Assembly: GCF_900232105.1 (NCBI RefSeq)
Contig: NZ_LT934425.1
Location: forward strand, 150,001 to 182,000
Reading direction: 5' to 3'
Length of the DNA stretch: 32,000 nt
Source of the DNA: Candidatus Kuenenia stuttgartensis
Lineage (GTDB): Bacteria > Planctomycetota > Brocadiia > Brocadiales > Brocadiaceae
The notes below the pieces were generated by a model. The model had not been told where the DNA came from and ran no database searches. It was given only the letters and a program-made list of their open reading frames with translations. The translations under genes and the position numbers were made by a program. This document shows positions 15,660 through 24,037 of this stretch, one piece after another. How positions within the stretch are numbered: the first letter of the stretch is position 1; each line of letters opens with the position of its first letter.

Positions 15660-16340
15660 GTGAAAGTATCGGGCATCCTGGTTGGCGCCGGACTTGGGTT
15701 ACGTATGGGAGGGGATGTAAAAAAACCTTTCATTCAGATCAACGATAAACCGGTATTCCTTCATACAATAGACCGGTTTTCACAATGCAGCCTGATTAGC
15801 GAAATTGTTCTGATTGTCGGAGAACCGGAGATAAATGTTGTTCTGGATACGTGGCGGGATTCGCTGAATGCATACAATATAAAAAAAATCGTTCCGGGAG
15901 GAAAAAGAAGACAGGACAGCGTGTTTAACGGTTTGTGCAATGTCGATGCGGATACGGAAATAGTGCTTATCCATGATCTGGTACGGCCGCTTGTAAAAAA
16001 AGAACATATAGAAGCGGTGGTTTACAAGACAAGGGAATATAAAGCTGCAATCCTCGCCGCGCCAATGAAAGCAACAGTAAAAGAAGTAAATGATGATTTA
16101 TCAATAAAGAAGACTATTCCCAGAAACAAGCTATGGATGGCCCAGACCCCCCAGGGGTTTGAGAAAACGTTGATTATTAACGTATTTCGTCAATTTCAGC
16201 ACACCGGTAGAGAATTTACCGATGACGCACAAATGGTGGAGGAGGCCGGCCACCCCGTATATATTGTTCCCGGTTCTGATGAAAATATAAAAATCACTAC
16301 CCCTGATGATATACGTATTGCAAAGGCATTGTTAAAATAG
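15660..16340 (+). CDS. ispD: 2-C-methyl-D-erythritol 4-phosphate cytidylyltransferase
   Basis: GILVGAGLGLRMGGDVKKPF, GGKRRQDSV, IHDLVRP, QTPQGF and ENIKITTPDD motifs. The GTG at 15660 (GGGTGG upstream, directly after the HIT stop) is preferred over the tracked TTG at 15621. Confidence 0.9.
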   Translation: MKVSGILVGAGLGLRMGGDVKKPFIQINDKPVFLHTIDRFSQCSLISEIVLIVGEPEINVVLDTWRDSLNAYNIKKIVPGGKRRQDSVFNGLCNVDADTEIVLIHDLVRPLVKKEHIEAVVYKTREYKAAILAAPMKATVKEVNDDLSIKKTIPRNKLWMAQTPQGFEKTLIINVFRQFQHTGREFTDDAQMVEEAGHPVYIVPGSDENIKITTPDDIRIAKALLK

Positions 16341-16391
16341 GCTGTGTTTATCCAACGGCATTCATTTTTACTTTTTCAAAAATCTAAATAC

Positions 16392-17066
16392 ATGAAAAAA
16401 TATTGTCTCCTCTGTATCATTATTCTTTGCCTGCCAGTTTTTTCCTGCGCCAACAAGGAACGCATAACCTCTGATAGTTTTAAAAACTATGAAGGGTCTC
16501 ATGCGTTTACCACGGAATTGCTGAGAACTGATTTTGCGCTGCAGAAAAGGGTTTTAATAACCCTTGAGAAGGCAATAATGCTCATGGAAGACAATGTTGA
16601 TTCCGTCAGCAAAGAAACATTTGAAAAGAGTATAGAGGTTATAAGTTATTTTTTTGATATTTGCCATATTGAAAAAGAAAACGAAATACTTTTTCCATTT
16701 GTCAAAAATATACAAGGCGGTATGGAAAAGAAAGATTTTCTGGGGCGGCTATTAATGGAACATATATCGGCGAGAGACCGGAAAAGGGCTTTATCAGATG
16801 CAGTGAAAGGAATATCTTTAGGCAAAAAGGCGAGAAAGACTATCAAAAAAGCTGGTTACAGGTATATCAAATATGTAAAAAAGCACCTCCAAACAGAGGA
16901 AAAGGCTCTTTTCCCATGGATAGATACACTACTATCTCACGATGACCAGTTAGCACTGATAGAACGGTTAAATGCGGTTGAAGAGAAATATATCAGTAAC
17001 GGACTGCATGAAAAATATTTCATAATGGTGGAGACCCTTGAAAAACAATTAGGGATATTACCATGA
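16392..17066 (+). CDS. Lipoprotein with hemerythrin-like (HHE cation-binding) domain
   Basis: Signal plus lipobox MKKYCLLCIIILCLPVFSCANK begins at ATG 16392. Repeated H/E motifs (HIEKENEILFPFV, LLMEHISARD, HLQTEEKALFPWI) are typical of hemerythrin-like domains. The family call is from memory. Confidence 0.5.
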   Translation: MKKYCLLCIIILCLPVFSCANKERITSDSFKNYEGSHAFTTELLRTDFALQKRVLITLEKAIMLMEDNVDSVSKETFEKSIEVISYFFDICHIEKENEILFPFVKNIQGGMEKKDFLGRLLMEHISARDRKRALSDAVKGISLGKKARKTIKKAGYRYIKYVKKHLQTEEKALFPWIDTLLSHDDQLALIERLNAVEEKYISNGLHEKYFIMVETLEKQLGILP

Positions 17067-17095
17067 ATACGATTTTAGGATTTTAAATCGTAAAT

Positions 17096-17179
17096 CTCCG
17101 CGGGTTAAGGTTGCAAACCTGAGCCCGCCGGGAGTTGATGGACAGTAGTATGTAGTACGACGAGGTTCGTCGCACTACA
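17096..17179. repeat. Two adjacent palindromic repeat units (GCGGGTTAAGGTTGCAAACC family; GTAG-headed TGTAGTACGACGAGGTTCGTCGCACTACA)
   Basis: 17151-17179 forms a 13-bp stem (1 mismatch); a degenerate copy lies at 23210-23237. The 17096-17134 unit shares its GCGGGTT(A/C)AGGTTTG(C/T)AACC core with 23460, 23735 and 28343, and with 24037 in reverse. Confidence 0.65.
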
Positions 17180-17265
17180 AATGACAATTTCCCATGTTCG
17201 TTTATGTAGGTTTTACTTTTCTCTTGTTTATTTTTTTTTTACTTTTTTAACATATGGAGTTTGTT

Positions 17266-17952
17266 ATGGAAAAATACGCACTAATTATTTTTGTTTGTAT
17301 GAATTTTTTAATAACCAGCGGCGCTTTTGCACAGCAGGGACAAAAGGTGACTGTAGCCGAAATATTGGGAGAAAGGAAAGAGTATTATTTTGACAACGAC
17401 GAGTTATCCAACACGCCTAAGGGATTTTTTGAAGCCCTTACCGGCAACGGCAAAAAGGGACAATGGAGGGTGCTGAAAGTGCAGCACTCACCTTCTTCAG
17501 ACAATGTAGTTGTACAGACAAAAACGGATAAGACTGCTAAGCGTTTCCCTTTGCTGATGGTAGAGTATATCGATTATAAAGACGCCATGGCATATGTAAA
17601 ATTTCGCGCTGAAGGTGGAGAGATAGACCAGGCGGCAGGACTGGTCTTCAGGTATAAGGATAATCAAAACTATTATGTGTTAAGCGCCAATGCATTGAAA
17701 AACAATGTGCATTTATATAAAGTGTCAAATGGACAGCAAAAATTGCTCGGAGAAAAAAATATGCCCGTATCCTCAAACGAGTGGCATTTGTTAAAAGTTG
17801 TTTATGACGGGAAAAAGATACGCTGTTTTTTTGAAAATGCAATGGTAATTGAAGTTTTAGACGATACGTTTTCTTCCGGCGGCATAGGGCTTTGGACAAA
17901 ATCCGATTCGTATGTATTGTTTGACGACCTCGTAATACAAGAAAATTCCTGA
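17266..17952 (+). CDS. Secreted concanavalin-A-like lectin/glucanase-fold protein (LamG / DUF1080-like)
   Basis: Signal peptide MEKYALIIFVCMNFLITSGAFAQQ, with GGAG 7 nt upstream of ATG 17266 (the tracked ORF starts at 17254). Pattern AGLVFRYKDNQNYYVL ... WHLLKVVYDGKKIRCFFENAMV ... GGIGLWTKSDSYVLFDDLVI. Confidence 0.6.
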   Translation: MEKYALIIFVCMNFLITSGAFAQQGQKVTVAEILGERKEYYFDNDELSNTPKGFFEALTGNGKKGQWRVLKVQHSPSSDNVVVQTKTDKTAKRFPLLMVEYIDYKDAMAYVKFRAEGGEIDQAAGLVFRYKDNQNYYVLSANALKNNVHLYKVSNGQQKLLGEKNMPVSSNEWHLLKVVYDGKKIRCFFENAMVIEVLDDTFSSGGIGLWTKSDSYVLFDDLVIQENS

Positions 17953-18055
17953 CCCAACTACACAGAAAGATTAACGCAGTTCCGCACTCTGAAATTGAGT
18001 CGATTGATGAAGATATTTCAATATGAATATTTGTTGCCAAAGGATGTAAATAGTA

Positions 18056-19489
18056 ATGGAAAAATATGAACAGGAACGTTTTACAAAGCTGCAGAAATTG
18101 AGGGATAAAGGCGTCGATCCGTTTGGCGGACGATACGACAACGTACAATCAATACAAACGATCCTTGAGGGTTTCGCGCCTGACCGTGATGATATTAAGG
18201 CTAAGGCTGCCGGCCGCATCATGACGATGCGGCCACACGGGAAAACGGTATTTTTGGATATACGTGACCGTACGGGCAAAATACAGGTGTATATAAAGCG
18301 CGATAAAGTAGGAGAAGATACATTCGAAATCTCCCATTTACTCGACCTTGGTGATATTTTAGGCGTAGAAGGCACTCTTTTCAAAACGAGAACGGGAGAA
18401 ATTACGATCTTTGCGGACAATATCACCCTCTTATCAAAATCACTGCTTAACCCCCCTGAAAAATGGCACGGGCTGAAAGATATTGAACTCAGACACAGAC
18501 AGCGGTATGTTGATTTGTTTACAAATCAGGATGTTATGCAAACATTTTTAAAACGCATACAGATTATCAATCACATACGCGCATTTTTGAATGAGAGGGA
18601 TTTTGTGGAAGTGGAAACACCCATGATGCAACCAATACCCGGCGGAGCGGTGGCAAGGCCCTTTATTACCCACCATAATGCCCTGGATATTGATTTGTAT
18701 TTAAGAATCGCACCTGAACTGTATTTGAAAAGACTGCTGGTGGGCGGCATGGAAAGGGTATATGAAATTAACCGCAATTTCAGAAATGAAGGCATTTCCA
18801 CACGCCACAACCCTGAATTCACAATGATGGAATTATACCAGGCATACAGTGACTATAACGGCATGATGGAATTGACGGAAGAGCTGATCACCTCGCTGGC
18901 AATGAAAATACAGGGGAAATATGAACTCTCCTTCGGCGAAATAACGGTCAATATGACGCCCCCATGGCGACGCGCTACTTTCTGTGAACTTCTGAAAGAA
19001 CACAGCGGCATATCATACGACGATGAAGAAGGGTTAATAAGAAAATCAAAGGAATCAGGCTTAGAGACAAACGGTATCAGCAGGGACAACATCGCCAATA
19101 CCCTTTTTGAGGAACTGGTTGAAAAAACGCTGGTAAACCCCACCTTTGTGCTGGATTATCCCACTTCAATCTGCCCTTTGACAAAAACGTGTGCGCACGA
19201 CCCTCGTTTTGCCCAAAGGTTTGAATTGTACATCGCATCTATGGAAGTGGCAAATTCCTATTCGGAACTTAATGATTCGATAGAACAGGACAGAAGACTT
19301 CATGAACAAATTGGCACAGAAACAGATATTACCGGAAAGATTGATGAAGATTTTTTAACCGCCCTTAAATACGGAATGCCACCGGCAGGCGGTCTTGGGA
19401 TAGGCATCGACAGGCTTATTATGCTGCTCACCAATAACGTTTCCATCAGAGAAGTTATCTTGTTTCCGCTGCTAAAACCGAAGCAATAG
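18056..19489 (+). CDS. lysS: Lysine--tRNA ligase (class II)
   Basis: 477 aa. N-terminal OB anticodon-binding domain ([27 protein letters not shown]). Class II motifs: [66 protein letters not shown]. Confidence 0.97.
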   Translation: MEKYEQERFTKLQKLRDKGVDPFGGRYDNVQSIQTILEGFAPDRDDIKAKAAGRIMTMRPHGKTVFLDIRDRTGKIQVYIKRDKVGEDTFEISHLLDLGDILGVEGTLFKTRTGEITIFADNITLLSKSLLNPPEKWHGLKDIELRHRQRYVDLFTNQDVMQTFLKRIQIINHIRAFLNERDFVEVETPMMQPIPGGAVARPFITHHNALDIDLYLRIAPELYLKRLLVGGMERVYEINRNFRNEGISTRHNPEFTMMELYQAYSDYNGMMELTEELITSLAMKIQGKYELSFGEITVNMTPPWRRATFCELLKEHSGISYDDEEGLIRKSKESGLETNGISRDNIANTLFEELVEKTLVNPTFVLDYPTSICPLTKTCAHDPRFAQRFELYIASMEVANSYSELNDSIEQDRRLHEQIGTETDITGKIDEDFLTALKYGMPPAGGLGIGIDRLIMLLTNNVSIREVILFPLLKPKQ

Positions 19490-19597
19490 AGAAGTACGAG
19501 GTACAGCTTGTCCTTGCGAGCATCTCCGCTTGTCATTGCGAGGGCCTTTTCCGAAGCAATCTTTTTTATAATGCCAGATTCAATCAAGGTAATTGTA

Positions 19598-19646
19598 ATG
19601 GATAAATTATACTCCGTTTACATAATGACGAATAAAAATAATAAAA
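19598..19646 (+). pseudogene. Possible N-terminal stub of a small GIY-YIG nuclease-family gene cut by the ISL3 insertion
   Basis: ATG GAT AAA TTA TAC TCC GTT TAC ATA ATG ACG AAT AAA AAT AAT AAA translates to MDKLYSVYIMTNKNNK. This resembles the Y.VYI.TNK.N N-terminus I associate with that family. It abuts the ISL3 left IR at 19647. Only 16 codons, so weak. Confidence 0.25.
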
Positions 19647-19755
19647 GGTCTTCTCCCTACTGAGTGAGTAAAAATGAGCGAAAAAAGTCTTGCGACCCGC
19701 AATTAGAGGGAGTTTTCAGCTTGTTTTAGCGTCTAAAAATGTGATATAAAATCGC

Positions 19756-20216
19756 ATGAGAAAAAAACGATCACTTTATGATGCATATCAGTTTTGTAGT
19801 TTTAAACCACAACACAAGGTATCAGGCGTTTTTGGCGACTCCAATGCCATGGTAATAAAGCTTACCCGACAGGGAAAAAAACCGTCTGCGGTAACTGCGG
19901 TAAAGTATACCGAACCATCTATGACCGCAAGAATAGGCGAGTGCGTGATCTTTCCAGCGGCAACAGGCGTGTATACCTTGAACTTGAGATTCGTCGGGTT
20001 TTCTGTATTTGCTGCAACAAGGCGAAGCAAGAGAAGCTGAAGTTCCTTGCGGATAATCCTTTCTACACCAAGCGCTTTGCCTTCTATGTCGGCAAGAGAT
20101 GCAGTACCCAGGCGATTAAATACGCTGCCGCAGAATTGCACCTGGACTGGAAAACTGTCAAGGAACTCGAAAAGCAGTACATGCGGGAGAAACTCCGCCG
20201 TGCCGGGAATCCAGGT
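19756..20216 (+). pseudogene. ISL3-family transposase, N-terminal fragment (zinc-finger/HTH part), also frameshifted at an A7 run
   Basis: Frame 1 MRKKRSLYDAYQF...VIKLTRQGKK switches at A7 (19875-19881) to frame 3: VCGNCGKVYRTIYDRKNRRVRDLSSGNRRVYLELEIRRVFCICCNKAKQEKLKFLADNPFYTKRFAFYVGKRC...YMREKLRRAGNPG. It is then broken by the insertion at 20217. Confidence 0.85.
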
Positions 20217-20616
20217 GGGTGCATTCACGATTTTTTGCAAAAAAACAATCAGTAGGGGTTAACAGTAACGTAGAGACAGGTTTCAAACCTGTCTTTTACC
20301 AGGAGCATTTCCGATTTTTTGTAACCGTTTGTGTGATTGGGGCAAAACAACGCTGCAAGGGATGTGGCAAGCCTGTCCCCCGCTGGCGGGGGATTAAGGG
20401 GGTGGAATTGTCTGCGGAGGAAATCTGGGCGGTTTATAACATGAATAGCCATAAATTTTTCTTCTCATTCCTACGTTCTGCGGGAATGCATGTCACGAAA
20501 CAGGATAAAATTGTCCATTTGACCAGTCTGCGGAGCGTGGGAAAGAGGGTCAAATTTGTTTTAATAATAAAGGGGTAGTTGAATCGATGGAGAAATCCAG
20601 TCCACCCCCTGCACCC

Positions 20617-22000
20617 CATAAGCGCTAACTTGTTTTATTGACAAATTTTATTCATCATGGTATTTTTATGTTAATTATCCCGCTAATCACTCTATAGGAG
20701 GATAAAGCCATGATGAGAGAAGATTGGGATCTTCTAAGAACTTTCTTCCCAAACGATTGGAAAAGTTTAGCCGTTGATACAAATGCTTTAAAAGGCTTGC
20801 GCAAGGATAAATCTGAAGAAAAGCTTCTTCGAACATTATTAATTCATTTAGGATGTGGCTATTCATTGCGTGAAACAGTAGTTCGAGCCAAGCGTGCTAA
20901 CTTAGCAGATTTATCCGATGTTGCCTTATTAAAGCGATTAAAAAAGAGCAAAGAATGGCTATATAAATTATGTTTATCTTTATTCCGTGAGCGTGGCCTC
21001 CAAATTAATAAACGGAATAATTTTCATCTTCGCTTATTTGATGCAACAACAGTAAAGGAACCTGGGAAAACAGGAAGTCTTTGGCGCATTCATTATAGTA
21101 TTGAGGTTCCTTCATTATCTTGCGATTTCTTTAAACTTACGGGAACTGAAGGAGAAGGCACAGGAGAATCTTTTCGGCAGTTTCCGATGAAAAAAGATGA
21201 TTATATTATAGCTGACAGAGGTTACTGTACTGGCCAAGGAATTCATCATGCAACAAGGAAAGGCGCTTATCTTAGCGTTAGAGTTAATTCGCAATCTCTA
21301 CGGATATTCGGCGAAGAAAAGAAACCCTTTCCTTTATTGAAAGAAATCCAATATTTAAAAAGACCCCTTGCTATAAAATCATGGAACGTTTTTATTCCAA
21401 ACGTTGATAATACTGAATATGTCAAAGGTCGTCTTTGTATAATACACAAAACAGAAGAAGCCATTAAAATAGCTCATAAAAAACTTAAAAGACATGCAAG
21501 CAAAAAGGGCATTGAACTAAAACCGGAGACCCTTATTTATGCCAAGTACGTAATAGTATTCACAACGTTTCCTGAAAATCAATTTACCGCTTTTGATATC
21601 TTAGAATGGTATCGAGTTCGATGGCAAATTGAACTGGTCTTTAAAAGATTTAAACAAATAGCACAATTTGGACACTTACCTAAATACGATGATGATAGCT
21701 CAAAAGCTTGGCTTTATGGCAAACTATTCGTTGCTCTTTTGACAGAAAAACTAATAGATTTTGCTACGTCTTTTTCCCCCTGGGGATACTTCATTGTCAA
21801 GCAAGAAGACTAAAAGCAAATGGCGTGAATTTGCTTTTATGCCTAATCAAGTAAAACGGGCTATAGAACCAGCGTTATCATTACAGGAAGTTCTTAAGTG
21901 CTGGAATGACATTGCTTGTTCTTTAGCAGAAAATACAAGAATCCGAAAAACACAGATATCAAAATACTTCGAGCATACCTAAAACAAGTTAGCGCTTATG
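20617..22000 (+). mobile_element. IS4-family insertion sequence (1384 bp)
   Basis: Perfect 21-bp terminal IRs: CATAAGCGCTAACTTGTTTTA (20617-20637) and TAAAACAAGTTAGCGCTTATG (21980-22000). An 11-bp direct target duplication CCCCTGCACCC lies at 20606-20616 and 22001-22011. Encodes a DDE transposase. Confidence 0.9.
20710..21813 (+). CDS. IS4-family DDE transposase (C-terminus apparently continues in frame +2 to 21982)
   Basis: The Y-2-R-3-E-6-K signature is exact in YRVRWQIELVFKRFK. DDE region: RLFDATTV, IIADRGY. The frame +2 ORF (..SLSSKKTKSKWREFAF...KYFEHT*) ends at 21982, inside the right IR. Confidence 0.85.
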   Translation: MMREDWDLLRTFFPNDWKSLAVDTNALKGLRKDKSEEKLLRTLLIHLGCGYSLRETVVRAKRANLADLSDVALLKRLKKSKEWLYKLCLSLFRERGLQINKRNNFHLRLFDATTVKEPGKTGSLWRIHYSIEVPSLSCDFFKLTGTEGEGTGESFRQFPMKKDDYIIADRGYCTGQGIHHATRKGAYLSVRVNSQSLRIFGEEKKPFPLLKEIQYLKRPLAIKSWNVFIPNVDNTEYVKGRLCIIHKTEEAIKIAHKKLKRHASKKGIELKPETLIYAKYVIVFTTFPENQFTAFDILEWYRVRWQIELVFKRFKQIAQFGHLPKYDDDSSKAWLYGKLFVALLTEKLIDFATSFSPWGYFIVKQED

Positions 22001-22040
22001 CCCCTGCACCCCCGCCAGCGGGGGACATAGTTTGAACAAC

Positions 22041-22190
22041 AGGCGCATTCCCGATTTTTGGTTAACTAATTGTACATTGTAACACAAGCATCCTGCTTGT
22101 GGCATTTTACCCTCAAACAGGAAACTTGTGTTACTATTCCTTTCCCTCTCCCCGCTAATGGCATTTTTACAAAAAATCGGGAATGCTCCC
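22041..22190. repeat. ~150-bp MITE-like unit bounded by the same 25-nt end motif
   Basis: AGGCGCATTCCCGATTTTTGGTTA (22041-22064, +) and TTTACAAAAAATCGGGAATGCTCCC (22166-22190, inverted). A further + copy lies at 20302-20324. Confidence 0.55.
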
Positions 22191-22336
22191 CTTTTACCGC
22201 TTGAAAATGACAGAAACAACCCTGACAGGGTTCCAAACCCTGTCAGGGTTAATCAAACAAGATGTTTGCGATACAATACCTGTCAACCAACAGGCATGTG
22301 CGAATATTTACAAAAAATCGGGAATGCACCCTGAAC

Positions 22337-23104
22337 AATCCTGGTCCAAAGGTAATCGGTATTGATGAAATTTCTATTCGTAAAGGTCACCGTTACCGTA
22401 TCATAGTAAGCGACCTTGAGAGGAAGCGGGTGATTTGGTTTGGCGGCAAAGACCGTTCAGAAGATAGCATGAATCTATTCTGTGAAGAACTGGGGCTTCA
22501 AAAAATCAGGGAAATACGGCTTGCAGTTATGGACATGTGGAAGGCTTTTGAAAACTCCATCCGCCATCATGCACCGCAAGCTGCCACACTCTACGATAAG
22601 TCTCATGTCATGAAGCATCTGCACGAGGAATTAGACAAAGTGAGAAAGAGCGAATATGCCAGACTGACTGGCAAAGACCGTAAGTTTATTAAAGGCCAGA
22701 AATACACGCGGCTCTCCCATCGTGAGAATCTCACGACTGACGGGAGAAAAGCATTAAAGATACTTCTGACTGCCAACAGGCGGCTGAACACTGCCTATAT
22801 CATCAAAGAGACATTCGGGCAGTTATGGAGCTATACGTCAGAGGCCTGGGCCAGAAAGTTTTTTGATAACTGGAAGACCTCGATAAAGTGGCAACGGCTT
22901 AAACCATATGAGAAGTTTGCAGAACTGGTCGAACGCCACTGGGATGGCATTGCCGCCTTCTGCAAACCAGAGAATAAGGTTTCGCTCGGATTTGTCGAAG
23001 GTCTGAATAACAAAATCAGGGTAATTCAACGTCGGGCTTATAGCCTACGAGATGAAGAATATCTCCTGCTCAAAATCTTGACCTGCATGCTCCCTGATAT
23101 CTAA
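22337..23104 (+). pseudogene. ISL3-family transposase, C-terminal DDE fragment
   Basis: NPGPKVIGIDEISIRKGHRYRIIVSDLERKRVIWFGGKDRS...AVMDMWKAFENSI...GFVEGLNNKIRVIQRRAYSLRDEEYLLLKILT is typical of the ISL3 DDE domain. It resumes the reading frame broken at 20216. Confidence 0.85.
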
Positions 23105-23468
23105 TTCAATACAAAAATGGCTCATTTTTACCCACTCGATAGGGAGAAGACCCAGTATAATCATTCATTAAAAAATTTAAATTTAGAGAGCTTCGCATCA
23201 TATATTTTTTGTAGTGCGACGATGTTAGTCGCATTGCTTTAAATCAGGCGGAGTTTTAAAAGACGAAAATCCAACGGCATTTATTTTTTCATACAGGAAT
23301 TTCCGCATGGCAGTAATCGTATCAAAGGAGACAGGAGGAAACTCCCGCCACCTCGGGAAATATATTTATACCATACCAACTGATGTTATGTAAGTGGGTA
23401 AACAATTTTGGCAGGTCATTTTCTGCGTATATTTCAAACAGGCGGAGCTATTACTATTTGCGGGTTAA

Positions 23469-24037
23469 GGTTTGCAACCCAATGTCATTAAGTTAAGCAA
23501 CCTGCCAGAAAAGTCCCCCTTAAAAAAGGGGGATAAAGGGGGTTGTTTTTAATCAAATATCCTTAACTTAATTATATTGGTTTGCAACATGAACCAAACG
23601 TTTTATACTTTCAAGATCTGTCTTCTATTGGCAGAACAACTGACAAATAAATTCCAGATTCAAAACAGGGATTTTGTGGTTTGGGCATTAGAATTTTACC
23701 GCAGTACATGGCCCCATTATCCGCATAAACTTATGGGTTCAGGTTACAAACCAATGTCATTAAGTTAAGAATTATTGTAACACTTTGGTTTAAAAAAAAC
23801 GTATTACCGATAAGCTCCGTAGGAGCAACCTGTTTGTAGTAGATAGGATACCATAACAGATATTAGCTCCGTCAGGAGCGGCCTGTCTTCCTGTCAATCA
23901 TATACAGGCCGCTCCTGACGGAGCTATTTACCTGTTGAATTTTATTGCGCTACAAACAGACCGCCCCTAAAGGGGCTACATTGTTTTTTAGGCTCTTCAG
24001 GCAGGTTGCTTAACTTAATGACATTGGGTTACAAGCC
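23469..24037. repeat. ~570-bp non-coding segment bounded by 38-bp inverted repeats, with internal copies of the same end motif
   Basis: GGTTTGCAACCCAATGTCATTAAGTTAAGCAACCTGCC (23469-23506) matches the reverse complement of 24000-24037 (GGCTTGTAACCCAATGTCATTAAGTTAAGCAACCTGCC) at 36/38. The 17-mer AATGTCATTAAGTTAAG also occurs at 23753-23769 (+), and in degenerate form at 23562-23578 (-). Confidence 0.75.
23865..23927. repeat. Perfect 23-bp-stem hairpin at the centre of a ~163-bp imperfect palindrome
   Basis: TAGCTCCGTCAGGAGCGGCCTGT (23865-23887), a 17-nt loop, then ACAGGCCGCTCCTGACGGAGCTA (23905-23927). The outer pairing is CTGTTTGTAG (23830-23839) with CTACAAACAG (23950-23959). Small hairpins GCTCCGTAGGAGC (23814-23826) and GCCCCTAAAGGGGC (23963-23976) flank these. 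Confidence 0.85.

Larger units (their letters stand above)
20217..22331. mobile_element. IR-bounded insertion inside the ISL3 transposase gene (non-autonomous element family with a 25-nt GGGTGCATTCCCGATTTTTTGTAAA end motif), itself carrying an IS4-family IS
   Basis: Left end GGGTGCATTCACGATTTTTTGCAAA (20217-) and right end TTTACAAAAAATCGGGAATGCACCC (-22331) are inverted repeats. The host ORF reads ..RRAGNPG | insertion | NPGPKVIGIDEISIRKG. AATCCAGGT (20208-20216) is repeated as AATCCTGGT (22337-22345), with 5 extra nt (TGAAC) at the right junction. Confidence 0.7.
19647..23152 (+). mobile_element. ISL3-family insertion sequence, inactivated by a nested 2.1-kb insertion
   Basis: 33-bp terminal IRs: GGTCTTCTCCCTACTGAGTGAGTAAAAATGAGC (19647-19679) against the reverse complement of 23120-23152 (GGTCTTCTCCCTATCGAGTGGGTAAAAATGAGC). 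They enclose the two halves of an ISL3-type transposase gene. No clean target duplication seen. Confidence 0.85.

Noticed and set aside
20219-20578. 119-aa ORF inside the insertion that splits the ISL3 transposase.
   Set aside because: It runs straight across IR motifs and hairpin repeats (20217-20324, 20375-20400), with no RBS and no family resemblance. Read-through of repeat DNA.
23577-23768. 63-aa ORF in the IR-bounded non-coding segment.
   Set aside because: It starts and ends inside repeat copies (the 36-mer at 23579 and the 17-mer at 23753), with no RBS and no recognisable domain.
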